The notes under the pieces are model-generated. The model saw only the letters and a list, made by a program, of their open reading frames with translations, was not told where the DNA came from and made no database searches. The translations under genes were made by a program, and so were the position numbers. 64,000 bases of DNA from the sequence record MK250021.1; one strand, written 5' to 3'. This document shows positions 1 through 11,186 of the stretch, piece after piece; positions within the stretch are counted from its first letter, which is position 1; each line of letters begins with the position of its first letter.

Positions 1-11
1 TTACTCATAAC

Positions 12-380
12 TTATCTTACCCATTCATTAATATAACCATATTCATTACGTGCATTCTCTGGATAGCGGTTATCAACATCATGTTTCCAACTAAGAAATT
101 CTTCTTCTGTAAAATAACTGTTAGTATACCAGAAATTACAATCACTACCATCACTTGTCTGATGATGATACCTTATCAAATTTGTTCTAGTATTCCATGA
201 TAATGTATCATTATAATTGTATACAGTTTTACCTGTTTTTATATATGATAAAAGTTCTTCCCATGATTTAAAACCATGCTCTTTATAATGTTGTAGTTCT
301 TTCATCTTTTTTTCTTTAAGACGAAAGTTTTCCTCTTCATCAAACTTATTTTTTAACTCACTTAAAACATGATTATCCAT
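12..380 (-). CDS. hypothetical protein (122 aa)
   Basis: Open frame ATG to TAA, downstream of a TGTATCTTTG promoter motif; no recognisable motif. Confidence 0.7.
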   Translation of the reverse strand: MDNHVLSELKNKFDEEENFRLKEKKMKELQHYKEHGFKSWEELLSYIKTGKTVYNYNDTLSWNTRTNLIRYHHQTSDGSDCNFWYTNSYFTEEEFLSWKHDVDNRYPENARNEYGYINEWVR

Positions 381-382
381 AA

Positions 383-565
383 TTACTCAATTGTTTTAGA
401 TTCAACAACAAGACCATTGCCTATACTAGTTGCAACACGAGATGCATATTCAATATTATTGTAAACTCCATAATACCAATAACCATCTGGACATTCTCTT
501 ACAACAGTATAAGGATATTCAGTTTTATACTCGTTAAACTTATTTGGTAAATTATTTACAACCAT
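383..565 (-). CDS. hypothetical protein (60 aa)
   Basis: Short ORF, first gene after promoter motif at 611-622, 2 nt from the next gene. Confidence 0.65.
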   Translation of the reverse strand: MVVNNLPNKFNEYKTEYPYTVVRECPDGYWYYGVYNNIEYASRVATSIGNGLVVESKTIE

Positions 566-610
566 AATTTTTATATTTTAAATTATTATTTTTAATTGTT
601 ATTTTTATAA

Positions 611-622
611 TACAAAGATACA
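611..622 (-). promoter_or_regulatory. Bacteroidota sigma70-type -7 promoter element (TGTATCTTTGTA)
   Basis: Matches the TAnnTTTG consensus; the same motif recurs in at least 9 intergenic regions, each oriented towards the downstream gene. Confidence 0.7.
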
Positions 623-643
623 CATTTTGTTTTAAATAAAAAA

Positions 644-1585
644 TTAATCTGGTAAAACTTCAATATTTTTTAGCATTTTAAAGTCATTAATTTTATATTT
701 TAATGTAAACTTTATATTATTACCATTTCTAATAGAACCATTTCTATACATCCATAAGTAATTATAGCTTTTACAATAAATGCCTGCTCCATTATTATAT
801 TTTTCACAACACATCAAACGTGTATGTTCTCTCAATGCTGTATCAGACCAAATAAATTCTACTTTATTACCTAAATTATCTTTTAATATAAAACTATAAA
901 ACCCAAATACATTAAGTTTATTAACAATACCTTGATAATTATTTACTTGATACCTTACATATTCATCAGACATATCATATTTTTTATAAATATCTCTTAA
1001 TGAATTATTGTATATATTATTAAAGGTTTTCTGTTGTTCTATGTTAACTGTACATTTAATACAAATATTAAGATATACAAAATTTCCTTCGACTTTTGGT
1101 TCACCTACAGTTAATGAATAATTATACATTTTACATGCAGTTTCAGTAAGTTTTTCTAAGAAATGATTAAATGATATATCAGTATTTCCTCTATTCGTTG
1201 CTTTAATTTCTCTATTAGCAATTAATCTAGAACCATCAATAGAAACTGATGAACCATGATTTTCTACATAATTATTAAGTTTATCAAGTGATACGACAAC
1301 ACTTAACTTAATAGTATGAGAAGATTCATTATATGATATTTCTTTATATGATTTGATATTACCATTTGTAATCATAACAGTTTCATCCGAAAACAAATCA
1401 TTTGTATCAATAGATGAACGAGATGATATATATGTACCATATGCTTCTGTTAATGCAAATCTTAATGCGGACATTGTTGCTTCTGATTTATTCTTACCAG
1501 TTCCCTCTGATACAATAGTAACATCATTTCCAAAACAACTAATTGTTATAATAGAAAGAAATAAAAATATAATAAATCTTCTCAT
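644..1585 (-). CDS. secreted/envelope protein with LPP20-like N-terminal domain (313 aa)
   Basis: N-terminal signal peptide (MRRFIIFLFLSIITISCFG) followed by V-x-S-E-G-x-G...A...AL..AL pattern typical of LPP20-like domains. Confidence 0.6.
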   Translation of the reverse strand: MRRFIIFLFLSIITISCFGNDVTIVSEGTGKNKSEATMSALRFALTEAYGTYISSRSSIDTNDLFSDETVMITNGNIKSYKEISYNESSHTIKLSVVVSLDKLNNYVENHGSSVSIDGSRLIANREIKATNRGNTDISFNHFLEKLTETACKMYNYSLTVGEPKVEGNFVYLNICIKCTVNIEQQKTFNNIYNNSLRDIYKKYDMSDEYVRYQVNNYQGIVNKLNVFGFYSFILKDNLGNKVEFIWSDTALREHTRLMCCEKYNNGAGIYCKSYNYLWMYRNGSIRNGNNIKFTLKYKINDFKMLKNIEVLPD

Positions 1586-1592
1586 AATGAAT

Positions 1593-2138
1593 TTACTTTT
1601 TTAACTTAATATAATAAATGTAAACATTTGTATTTCGTTCAGTTATCTTCTTTAACATAGAAAGATTCCTAACTTCACCAATAGATGATTGAACTATTTC
1701 ATCTGTAAACGTATAACTATCTGAATTATGCGAATTTTCATTCATATTCGTTGATGTTGATGCACTTATATCAGAATTACCCAAATCATTATTTCCATCA
1801 GAATTTTCTGTATAGAGATTTGATTCTGAATCTTCTACATTATATACAGAATAAGAACGGTTCCTGGCACCTTTTAGAAATTCAACGACTGAACGAGTTG
1901 CCTTCATATTAGCAATTCTATCAATGTATTCAGGATTCCTATTATTTGCAATTTTAATAATGGAAACAAGAACATTACCGTTTGATGTCTTATAAACATT
2001 ACATCCTGTTACACCATTTTCTATATATTCTGATACGACCTTATTACGAAGTTTTACTTTATTCTTTTCACTAATTGCTTGTGAAAAACTATTTGTATAC
2101 ATAAAGATACAAATAAGGAAAGATAGAATATATTTCAT
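1593..2138 (-). CDS. secreted/envelope protein (181 aa)
   Basis: Signal peptide MKYILSFLICIFMYTNSFSQ; co-oriented and tightly spaced with neighbours. Confidence 0.65.
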   Translation of the reverse strand: MKYILSFLICIFMYTNSFSQAISEKNKVKLRNKVVSEYIENGVTGCNVYKTSNGNVLVSIIKIANNRNPEYIDRIANMKATRSVVEFLKGARNRSYSVYNVEDSESNLYTENSDGNNDLGNSDISASTSTNMNENSHNSDSYTFTDEIVQSSIGEVRNLSMLKKITERNTNVYIYYIKLKK

Positions 2139-2197
2139 AACCTATAATATAATTAATGTTAAACTATATTTTACTTAATTTTATTTAATGTTATCAG

Positions 2198-2872
2198 TTA
2201 ATCTTCTGATGAGACAGATTCATTATCATCAGATGCTTTTCTCTTTTTATCAGCTTGATAACTATCAAGTTCATCCCATGCTTCCATCATATCACGTTCA
2301 AATTCTTTTTCTTTCTTAAGAATCGTACGATCTTGCTTCTTCATTGTATCAATAATATTCTCCTTATCATACTTTACACAAACTTCAAATCGATACATAT
2401 TCTTATAACGATTATAATATTTTGCTACTTTAACAACAGAAATACCTTCAGTGATTCCCTTACATGCAGTTACGATTTGCTCACGAGATTTATTACTGAT
2501 AGTTGATCCTTCATCTGTTTCCAATTCATCATTATATTGATCAATGCCATAGCGAATATAAAGTTCCATCTTTTGACGAATACTTGCAGATGCCGCAGCC
2601 TTTGCCTTGTTAAGTGCAAACATTTGGTTCTTTGATTCACCAATACCATAAGCACGGATTTCGTCTGTACCAGTTTCCAATGCATATTCCATTACTGGTG
2701 ATATATCATCAAATGAATATCCATCATTTTTTGGACCATATTCATTAATATACTGTTGCAACTTTTGATTCTCTACACGGAGATTATGAATCTCTGTAGT
2801 ATCCTTTTTACTTGCATAACTTGTAACCGTAATCGCAAACATTGCGATAATCATAAAAATAAATTTCTTCAT
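2198..2872 (-). CDS. secreted LPP20-like protein (224 aa)
   Basis: Signal peptide MKKFIFMIIAMFAITVTSYA; IRAYGIGESKNQMFALNKAKAAA resembles the LPP20 core. Confidence 0.6.
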   Translation of the reverse strand: MKKFIFMIIAMFAITVTSYASKKDTTEIHNLRVENQKLQQYINEYGPKNDGYSFDDISPVMEYALETGTDEIRAYGIGESKNQMFALNKAKAAASASIRQKMELYIRYGIDQYNDELETDEGSTISNKSREQIVTACKGITEGISVVKVAKYYNRYKNMYRFEVCVKYDKENIIDTMKKQDRTILKKEKEFERDMMEAWDELDSYQADKKRKASDDNESVSSED

Positions 2873-2923
2873 AACGTATAAGTTTTTTAAAAAATTAATA
2901 ATACTTTATTTAATTTAAACTAA

Positions 2924-2935
2924 TACAAAGATACA
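2924..2935 (-). promoter_or_regulatory. Bacteroidota-type -7 promoter element
   Basis: TGTATCTTTGTA on the minus strand upstream of the 2872 start. Confidence 0.7.
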
Positions 2936-3005
2936 TAAAATAATTATAATAAAAAAATATAAACTACAAATATAAGTTAATAAATAAGAAAATATTTTAA
3001 TTAAT

Positions 3006-3291
3006 ATGGAAAGATTATATAAAGAATTAATTAAAGATATATCAATAAGTGTAAAGTAGGCAATAGAAGAATCAATAGGTACATTACAAACTGATAATGA
3101 TATAGATATAATATATATATATACGTAATAATATTAATAATTTAGATTTAAGTGAGTTTAATTATGATATATTAAATTATCTGATACCTGATAAAGAAAC
3201 ATTAATTAATACAGTATTATGTAAAATGTCGGTATCTGACGAAACAATTAATAATATAATGTTATAGATAAAAAATAAGTGTAAAAAATAA
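3006..3291 (+). pseudogene. frameshifted small gene with conserved leader peptide
   Basis: ATG 3006 encodes MERLYKELIKDISISVK(TAG)AIEES... and stops at TAA after the (AT)6A tract at 3111-3123; the +1 frame continues IRNNINNLDLSEFNY... to TAA 3291 with no start near its 5' end. Confidence 0.5.
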
Positions 3292-3346
3292 CTTTTTAAC
3301 ATTTTTAGATATATAATAAAAAGATTTTTTCGATTAAATAAGATTT

Positions 3347-5251
3347 ATGGTAAGCAAGAAGAGTTTAGAAAGTAAGTATCAAAGTATGTCGGAATTAGAT
3401 CATATCTTGAATAGATCAGGTATGTATATAGGTTCCGTAAAGAATGAGAATAAGCAAATGTTTTTATATTCATCAGATGATGCAAAGATGAAATTAGTTG
3501 ATGTTGAATATACACCAGCATTGTTAAAGATGTTGGATGAGATTATATCAAATTCATGTGATGAGTATAGAAGAATAGATAATATGGGATTGACAGAAAT
3601 GTCTGTTACCATTGATAAGCATGGACGAGTAATCGTAAGAGATAATGGTGGTATTCCTGTTGTTAAACATAAGGAAGCAGGAATTTATATTCCTGAATTT
3701 ATATTCTCACAACTAAGGACAAGTAGTAATTTTGATGATTCAGAAGATAGAGATGTAATAGGTACAAACGGTCTTGGTAGTAAAATTTGTAATATATTCT
3801 CTACGTTTTTTTCTATATATACAGCAGATAAGAAACATTCATATTATAGATCATGGAAGAATAACATGCGAGAAATGAATGATGATTTACAAGTTAAGAC
3901 CACGAAAGATCATTTTACAGAAAGTACATTTGACGTTGATTTTTCCAGATTTGAATGTGGTAATGAGTTCTCGGAAGATTTTATTAATATTATAGAAAAA
4001 CGTTGTATTGATGCAGCTGCCGCTAATATAGGTTTAACTGTTCATTTTAAATATACAAATGGTAATGATGTTGTTAGAGAATCTGAATGGCATTTTCGTG
4101 CATTTGATGAGTATATTGATTTATTTTCTGATTATGTAGATACAGAACAAATGTTGAAGTTTTCTGATTCTATCATGCAAGTTTGGGTATTTCCTGATAA
4201 TGGTATTAATGTTGGATTTGTGAATGGTGCTGAATGCTCAAGAGGAACACATATCAAAGCGGTTAGAAATGAAATTAATTCTGCTGTATCTGCATATCTT
4301 TTATCAAAAGAAAAAATTGATATTACGCCAAAGAATGTAGATGGAAAATATTCAATGTTCTGTACATTCCATGTTAATAATCCGTCTTATGATTCACAGA
4401 CAAAGGAATGTTTGACAACAGTAGTTGAAAGATTTTCAAATGATAATAAGTATACATTTAAGGTACCAGATTCATTTATTAAGTCTGTTTTGAAATCAGA
4501 GATTGTAGATATTGTAATAGATTGGTATAAACAAAAATGTGAAGTAGAGGATCAAAAAACATTAAGAAAACTTAATAGACAAGCTAAAGCGAAAATTCGT
4601 AATAATGATAAATTCATTGATGCAAATTCTAAAAGATCAGCTGATAGAGAGCTTTGGATATTCGAGGGTGATTCTGCACGCGCAGGATTTAGAGCAGCAA
4701 GAGACCCACAAACACAAGCAGCATATATGTTACGAGGAGTAATTCTTAATGTAATGGGACTTGCTCCAACAAAGATTATGGCAAATAAAGAGTTGTCTGA
4801 TTTATTTAATATCATCGGTTTACAATGGGGTGAACCTGTAGATGTGAAGAAATTGAATTTCAGTAAATTGGTTATAGCAACAGATGCTGATTTTGATGGT
4901 AGTAAAATCGCAGGTCTTCTTTTAACATTCTTTAATTTATGGCCAGAACTTTATGATGCAGGTTTAATTTGTAGATGTATTACACCTATTATTAAAGCTG
5001 TTAAAGGAAACGATGTTCAGAAATTTTATACGATGGATGAATTTAGGAAGAAAGAAAATTCATTGAAAGGATACAAGATAACATATTTAAAAGGTCTTGG
5101 CTCAAGTACGAATGAAGATTATAAGGATATGATGAGAAATTCTGTTCTTCATTTCTTTAAGAAAGATGAACTTTCTGATATGACTATTAAAACATGGTTT
5201 GGAAAGGGTATTGCAAAAGAGAGAAAATCATTACTTAAGAATGAAGTTTAA
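3347..5251 (+). CDS. type IIA DNA topoisomerase, ATPase+TOPRIM subunit (T4 gp39/gp60-like, GyrB-like)
   Basis: GHKL motifs (EIISNSCDE, DNGGIP, GTNGLGSK), TOPRIM EGDSA, IATDADFDG, YLKGLGS. Confidence 0.95.
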   Translation: MVSKKSLESKYQSMSELDHILNRSGMYIGSVKNENKQMFLYSSDDAKMKLVDVEYTPALLKMLDEIISNSCDEYRRIDNMGLTEMSVTIDKHGRVIVRDNGGIPVVKHKEAGIYIPEFIFSQLRTSSNFDDSEDRDVIGTNGLGSKICNIFSTFFSIYTADKKHSYYRSWKNNMREMNDDLQVKTTKDHFTESTFDVDFSRFECGNEFSEDFINIIEKRCIDAAAANIGLTVHFKYTNGNDVVRESEWHFRAFDEYIDLFSDYVDTEQMLKFSDSIMQVWVFPDNGINVGFVNGAECSRGTHIKAVRNEINSAVSAYLLSKEKIDITPKNVDGKYSMFCTFHVNNPSYDSQTKECLTTVVERFSNDNKYTFKVPDSFIKSVLKSEIVDIVIDWYKQKCEVEDQKTLRKLNRQAKAKIRNNDKFIDANSKRSADRELWIFEGDSARAGFRAARDPQTQAAYMLRGVILNVMGLAPTKIMANKELSDLFNIIGLQWGEPVDVKKLNFSKLVIATDADFDGSKIAGLLLTFFNLWPELYDAGLICRCITPIIKAVKGNDVQKFYTMDEFRKKENSLKGYKITYLKGLGSSTNEDYKDMMRNSVLHFFKKDELSDMTIKTWFGKGIAKERKSLLKNEV

Positions 5252-5257
5252 TTATAT

Positions 5258-5298
5258 AATTCCATATGTTAATAAATTTTAAACATATGGAATTTTTT
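5258..5298 (+). terminator. intrinsic terminator
   Basis: AATTCCATATGTT / AACATATGGAATT stem followed by T-tract just after the topoisomerase stop. Confidence 0.7.
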
Positions 5299-5314
5299 AT
5301 TATATAATAATGTG

Positions 5315-5325
5315 TGTATCTTTGT
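5315..5325 (+). promoter_or_regulatory. Bacteroidota-type -7 promoter element
   Basis: TGTATCTTTGT upstream of PRTase copy 1. Confidence 0.7.
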
Positions 5326-5357
5326 GATAATATATAAAATTAAATAAAAAATAAATT

Positions 5358-6302
5358 ATGAATAAAGAATTATTAAAAGAAAATATATCGGAATCCGTTA
5401 AAGATATATTAAAGAAATATAATATTAGTGATATTAATGAATCAAATATATTAATATCTATAAATAATTGTATAGATAATATATTTGAAGGAATAGATAT
5501 AGATCAAAGAAAACGACTTGTATCATTTAATCCAAATCATCAGAATTATGTAGATACAAATGATCCATGGAATCCAAAACCTATATATAATGAAGTAGAA
5601 GGTTATAAGGTAATTTCAATATTTAAACGTAAAGAAACTGAAGATAAACATGATGGAAATCCTGTTATATATGCACTTAAAGATATAAGAGGATGGAAAT
5701 TTAAAAATCCATCATATGACATATTTGCATTATTACGTAGATTTGTTTCAGTAACAAAAGAGCTTAAAGAAAATTTTGATGTTATTATTACCACACCATC
5801 TTCTAATAAATTAAATACCGAAGTTTTATATAGAATAAGGAGACTTATAAATCATGAAACATCATATGAGGATTTCTTTTATAAATATGGTGCTAATGAT
5901 GTGTATGAAAATTTTCTTGATACTAATTATCTAGAAACACATTATAATGAAGATGAGCAGGAACATATACATGATTTATTATATGAAGCAATTTCTAATA
6001 TGATGAAACCTAAAGAAAACAAAGGTAATGATGGTATTTTTTCTTATAAATTTATACCCCAACAAGAATTACGAAAATGTATTATAAAATCATTAGGCAT
6101 TAATAAATTGTATAAAGATGAAATAACATATGGTAAGTATTTAAATGGTAAGAAAATACTGGTTATAGATGATACAGTCACATCGGGTAAAACCATATCT
6201 GATTCGGCGACAGCAATAAAAGATATGTATGATCCAGAATCTATAACATTTTTAACTTTATTTTCACCATTAGAACGAAATAAAAATAATTTAGAAAAAT
6301 GA
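5358..6302 (+). CDS. phosphoribosyltransferase-fold protein, copy 1 (314 aa)
   Basis: Type I PRTase PRPP-binding loop [13 protein letters not shown]; TPSS motif; paralog of 9367..10293. Confidence 0.8.
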   Translation: MNKELLKENISESVKDILKKYNISDINESNILISINNCIDNIFEGIDIDQRKRLVSFNPNHQNYVDTNDPWNPKPIYNEVEGYKVISIFKRKETEDKHDGNPVIYALKDIRGWKFKNPSYDIFALLRRFVSVTKELKENFDVIITTPSSNKLNTEVLYRIRRLINHETSYEDFFYKYGANDVYENFLDTNYLETHYNEDEQEHIHDLLYEAISNMMKPKENKGNDGIFSYKFIPQQELRKCIIKSLGINKLYKDEITYGKYLNGKKILVIDDTVTSGKTISDSATAIKDMYDPESITFLTLFSPLERNKNNLEK

Positions 6303-7177
6303 ATATTATAGATGGGAAATTAATATCAACTCAAATTAAAGAAGAAATAAAAAATGAAGTTGATAATATTATAAATAAAGGAGGACGACAACCACATCTT
6401 GTAGCAATAATAGTAGGTCATGATGGAGGATCTGAAACATATGTACGAAATAAAGTTAAAGCTTGTGAAGCATGTGGATTTAAAAGTACAGTATACCAAT
6501 ATGAAGATAATATATCAGAAGAAGATTTAATTAATAAAATTATATTATTAAATAATAATCCGAATGTAGATGGTTTTATAGTTCAACTTCCATTACCTAA
6601 ACATATTAATGAACAAAAAATAATTGAAACAATTGATTATAAAAAGGATGTAGATGGTTTTCATCCAATTAATGTAGGACGATTAAATATAGGTTTACCT
6701 TGTTATATATCAGCTACGCCAAAAGGTATTTTTGAATTATTGAAAAGATATAATATTGAAACAAAAGGAAAACATTGTGTTATTATTGGACGTAGTAATA
6801 TTGTTGGTAAACCTATGTCTACATTGATGGTTCAAAAACAATATGGAGATTCAACAGTAACAGTATGCCATTCACATACTGAGAATTTAAAGGAAATAAC
6901 AAAACATGCAGATATATTAATTGTAGCTCTTGGTAAACCTGAATTTGTAACTGCAGATATGATAAAAGAAAATGCAGTTGTTATTGATGTTGGTACAACA
7001 CGAATTCCTGATAATACAAAAAAGTCAGGATTTAGATTATGTGGAGATGTAAAATATAATGAAGTTGCACCGTTATGTAGTTATATTACACCTGTACCTG
7101 GAGGAGTCGGACCTATGACGATTGCAATGCTTATGCAAAATACATTATCTGCGTATAAACATGAAATATATGATTAA
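6299..7177 (+). CDS. folD: bifunctional methylenetetrahydrofolate dehydrogenase/cyclohydrolase
   Basis: [51 protein letters not shown] motifs. Confidence 0.95.
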   Translation: MNIIDGKLISTQIKEEIKNEVDNIINKGGRQPHLVAIIVGHDGGSETYVRNKVKACEACGFKSTVYQYEDNISEEDLINKIILLNNNPNVDGFIVQLPLPKHINEQKIIETIDYKKDVDGFHPINVGRLNIGLPCYISATPKGIFELLKRYNIETKGKHCVIIGRSNIVGKPMSTLMVQKQYGDSTVTVCHSHTENLKEITKHADILIVALGKPEFVTADMIKENAVVIDVGTTRIPDNTKKSGFRLCGDVKYNEVAPLCSYITPVPGGVGPMTIAMLMQNTLSAYKHEIYD

Positions 7178-7196
7178 TTATTAAAATGAATAAATT

Positions 7197-7751
7197 ATGA
7201 CTATTATATTTTCAAATATGTTAGATCCAGATTGTCAAGTTATTAGAAATGCATGGCAAGGATTAGATAATATACATCTTATAGAAATAACACCAGATAT
7301 AGATGGTTATGAAGATATAGTTAATAATGCAATTATATCAGAAGATGATACTATATTATTTTTGGGACATGGTACAGCAAAAGGTTTATTATTTCCAAAT
7401 TTTAATAAAGAAAAATATTTATTACATGAATTTAATATAAATTTAGTTCATGCAAAAAATATAATATGTTGTTGGTGTTATGCATCAGATTTTGTAATTA
7501 ATAATAACTTACATAATACATTCTCAACATCTATGTTTATTTCTAATACAAATGAAGCAAATGATAATGGTATAGATAATTATACACAAAAACAAATTAA
7601 TATAAATGGTGAGAGATTTTATAGTAATATAAATCAATTATTGAAATATAATATACCATTGAATGAATGGGTAATGCAATTGGGTGCAAAGATGGATATT
7701 GAAAATGAAATAGATACATTTAATAGACAAGGATTATTTTATAAAGAATAA
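7197..7751 (+). CDS. hypothetical protein, possible caspase/gingipain-like (clan CD) fold
   Basis: Hydrophobic strand + GHG (ILFLGHG) and downstream strand + Cys (IICCWCYAS). Confidence 0.4.
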   Translation: MTIIFSNMLDPDCQVIRNAWQGLDNIHLIEITPDIDGYEDIVNNAIISEDDTILFLGHGTAKGLLFPNFNKEKYLLHEFNINLVHAKNIICCWCYASDFVINNNLHNTFSTSMFISNTNEANDNGIDNYTQKQININGERFYSNINQLLKYNIPLNEWVMQLGAKMDIENEIDTFNRQGLFYKE

Positions 7752-7786
7752 AAAAGGAAGATACAATAATAAGTATCTTCCTTTTT
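7751..7786. terminator. bidirectional intrinsic terminator
   Basis: AAAAAGGAAGATAC / GTATCTTCCTTTTT between convergent genes. Confidence 0.75.
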
Positions 7787-7791
7787 ATATA

Positions 7792-9252
7792 TTAAATTAA
7801 TTTACCTTTTATAATATCTTCTTTGATAATATTAAACAATTTTTCTCCAAAAGCATTTAAATCTTTAACAACACATGTATAAACTGCATCATCTGAATCT
7901 CTATAAGCATATGCATTATCAGATATATATTTGTTCCTATATGTATCAGATGGTGAAAGTTTTGTTAAATTAATTAATACATCAGATTTATTCATATCTG
8001 AACTTCCAGACTGTAAATAACATTGTATAATAAATTTACGCACATCGGTATTATAATATAATGATTTAATAGCTCCACTCCAATCATTATAATTAACATT
8101 AATTAATTTATCAGGATTATTCTTTAATATTTGCTTAATATTTTCTTTTACCCATTCAAAATAATTAGAAGGATTACTATCCATATTATATTTAATTAAA
8201 GTTTCTTCACTATGTTCTGCATTTCCTGATTCATCTCCCGTTTGTTTATATTTAATATAAGGTTTAACGATATATAAAAATACTCCTTTTGAAAATAATT
8301 TTATTATATTAGGCTTATTTTCAAAATATCTACATGCAGTGAAATTATATTTAAATAAATTATTTCCATCAAATTTTTCATTGAAATCACGTCGTCTTGC
8401 ATCTGGTGCGAATGACGCAGCTTCATTATGAATAAAACAATCATATGAATTTTCCTTTATATCAATAGTTAAATATTGATAAAATGTATCCCAACCTCTT
8501 TTTCTAGTGCCTACATTTTCATAAATTTCAAATAATACATCATTTGTACTTTTAAATAATTTATTAAAATTAACAATATCATTTTGAAGTAAACTGATAA
8601 GTTTATCAAAGTTCTATCCAGATTTTCTAACTAAACTATTTACATATTTTTCAATATCTACTTCACATTTATCAAATGCTTTGTTATAACTACCAACAAA
8701 ACTGGTTTTTAAATCATTGCTATCATATAATGATACAGGTATATGTTGTATAAGTGAATCTAGTATTGTAATATATTTTTTATTAATAGGTGAACGTTTA
8801 GCACGTGGTTTTGAAACATTAGGAGTTGAAATTACAGGTTCAGTTACACGTGTTTTTCTAGAAACCGGTTGTTTTTGTACAGGTTCAGATGAAATACCCA
8901 TATTAATATTATATAGCTATTGAATTTCTTCTATAGTTCCACCCAAATCTAATATTCTGTGTCCAAATAATTTGAATACTTTAATTTTATCTATATCTCT
9001 TTCACTTTTTGGACATGGTTTTTTCATAATAATTAAAGCTGCAACATATCTGTTAAGTAAATCATCCTTAGTAAGTTTCTTCATAGGTTTTACCAACTCA
9101 CATTCAGTAGCTTTATTTCTTGAACAAACTGACGCAACACTTAACCATAATTTCCTATCTAATGTTCTATGGTCAATACGTTTTGCCATTTCATTTAATG
9201 ATTTCTTTAAACTATATGATATACCATTCATTAATTCTTTATATAATGACAT
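7792..9252 (-). CDS. hypothetical protein (486 aa, 2 in-frame TAG), shares N-terminal domain with 39800..41425
   Basis: Track ORFs 8917..9252, 8614..8901 and 7792..8184 are one frame joined only by TAG at 8917 and 8614; homology to 39800 continues across the TAG (EEIQ*LYN vs EEIQALYN). Confidence 0.85.
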
Positions 9253-9329
9253 TGTGTTTAATATTAAAACTTTTTATATTTATTTGTTTTAATAGTAAAG
9301 ACTTTATGTTTCCTAATTAATAAAATAAA

Positions 9330-9341
9330 TGTATCTTTGTA
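9330..9341 (+). promoter_or_regulatory. Bacteroidota-type -7 promoter element
   Basis: TGTATCTTTGTA upstream of PRTase copy 2. Confidence 0.7.
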
Positions 9342-9366
9342 TATAAATTAAAAATAATAGTTAGTT

Positions 9367-10293
9367 ATGACTAAAGATGAATTGAAAAATATTGTTTCCT
9401 CTGTTATGAGTGAAACTTTAAAAAAATATAATATTAATGAAATTGAAACAAATAATATGTTATTTTCATTAAATGAATATATGGATAATCATATGTTTGA
9501 AGGAATAGATGTAGATGATGAAAATCATATTGTTTCATTTAATCCTAATCATCAAGAATATGTAGATACAAATGATCATTGGAATCCAAAACCTATATAT
9601 AATGAAATAAATGGTTATAAGGTAATATCTATATTCAAACGAAAGGATACAGAAAATAATTTAGACGGTAATCCTTTAATTTATGCATTAAAAGGTCATA
9701 AATGGAAGTTTAAGAATCCATCATATGATATATTCGCGTTATTACGTAGATTCGTTGCAGTAACAAAAGAACTTAAAGAAACATATGATGTAATTATAAC
9801 AACACCATCATCTAATAAATTAAATACTGAAGTATTATATAAAGTTAGAAGGTTGATAAAACATGAAACTTCATATGAAGATTTCTTTATGAAGAATGAT
9901 GCTATTTATGTATATGAAGAATTATTGGATAATAATTGGATTGAAAAACATTATAATGAAAAAGATGCAAAACGAATAGATACTGAAATATATAGGGCTA
10001 TTTGTCGCATACAAAAATCAAAAGATAACGGAGGTAATGATGGTGTTTTTTCATATAAGTTTATACGAAATAAAGATGTAAGAAATGCAATAATTCAATC
10101 CATGAGTATAAATGATATGTATAAAGATGAAATAACATATGGTAAGTATTTAAATGGAAAGAAAATATTGGTTATAGATGATACAGTTACATCTGGTAAG
10201 ACTATATCTGATTCTGCTGAAGCAATTATTGAAACATATGCACCAGAATCTATAACATTCCTAACTTTATTTTCACCTTTAATGTCTGAATAA
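9367..10293 (+). CDS. phosphoribosyltransferase-fold protein, copy 2 (308 aa)
   Basis: [13 protein letters not shown]; long near-identical blocks shared with 5358..6302. Confidence 0.8.
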   Translation: MTKDELKNIVSSVMSETLKKYNINEIETNNMLFSLNEYMDNHMFEGIDVDDENHIVSFNPNHQEYVDTNDHWNPKPIYNEINGYKVISIFKRKDTENNLDGNPLIYALKGHKWKFKNPSYDIFALLRRFVAVTKELKETYDVIITTPSSNKLNTEVLYKVRRLIKHETSYEDFFMKNDAIYVYEELLDNNWIEKHYNEKDAKRIDTEIYRAICRIQKSKDNGGNDGVFSYKFIRNKDVRNAIIQSMSINDMYKDEITYGKYLNGKKILVIDDTVTSGKTISDSAEAIIETYAPESITFLTLFSPLMSE

Positions 10294-10295
10294 TT

Positions 10296-11168
10296 ATGAA
10301 GAAATTATTTAATTTAAATAATAATATTTGTGACCAAATATTAAATGAAGCACAAATACATTTTACAAAGAATTGTTCAAATAAATGTCCATTTTGTATA
10401 GATGCATTTAATAACGGTGTTGGAAATTCAAAACCTGATATTGATAAGATATTTTTATCAGTTTTAAATATAAAAGATAAAATTGATGAAATTGCAGTGT
10501 CTGGGGGCGAACCTATGCTTTATATAGAAGACTTACTTAAGTTGGTAAAGAATATAAAAAGATTTGCTAAATTACCGGTTACTGTAATTACATCAATGCC
10601 TATACCATGCTGGACAGAAAAGGAAACATTCTTTGAAATTATAAAAGTGATAGATCATTTAATCATATCACCACAACATTACGATCAAGAAGTTGGTGAC
10701 AAAATAAGACATAGTGTTTCACTTTATAATAGAGATAGATTATTTGAAGAAATTCCATATAAGAATAAAGTTTCATTAACACTAAATGCTATTAAAGGAT
10801 ATTTAGATTCAAAAGAAGATTTTATTGATAATATTAAACATTTTGAAAAATTAGGGTATTCTCATTTTAAGTTAGCAGAAATGTTTGAACATGATGAACT
10901 TTATGTTTCATTAGAGGATATATTTGGATTTAAATTACCTAAACCATTCGCTTATGGTTGTAGTAATAAACATTTTGATTTATCACCATATTTAGGATAT
11001 AAATCAAATTCAGATTTTACAATAAAAAGATGTTGTTTTTATAAAACACATAAACAACATGCATCAATAAATGATTTATTGAAAATACTAATAAGACCAT
11101 TATTTTCAAAGAAATATTTCTTTTGTATAATATATGAAAATGGTGAAATTGTTCAGAGATGGTCATAA
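10296..11168 (+). CDS. radical SAM enzyme (290 aa)
   Basis: CxxxCxxC (CSNKCPFC) and SGGEP motifs. Confidence 0.85.
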   Translation: MKKLFNLNNNICDQILNEAQIHFTKNCSNKCPFCIDAFNNGVGNSKPDIDKIFLSVLNIKDKIDEIAVSGGEPMLYIEDLLKLVKNIKRFAKLPVTVITSMPIPCWTEKETFFEIIKVIDHLIISPQHYDQEVGDKIRHSVSLYNRDRLFEEIPYKNKVSLTLNAIKGYLDSKEDFIDNIKHFEKLGYSHFKLAEMFEHDELYVSLEDIFGFKLPKPFAYGCSNKHFDLSPYLGYKSNSDFTIKRCCFYKTHKQHASINDLLKILIRPLFSKKYFFCIIYENGEIVQRWS

Positions 11169-11186
11169 AATTAAATAAAAATAAAA

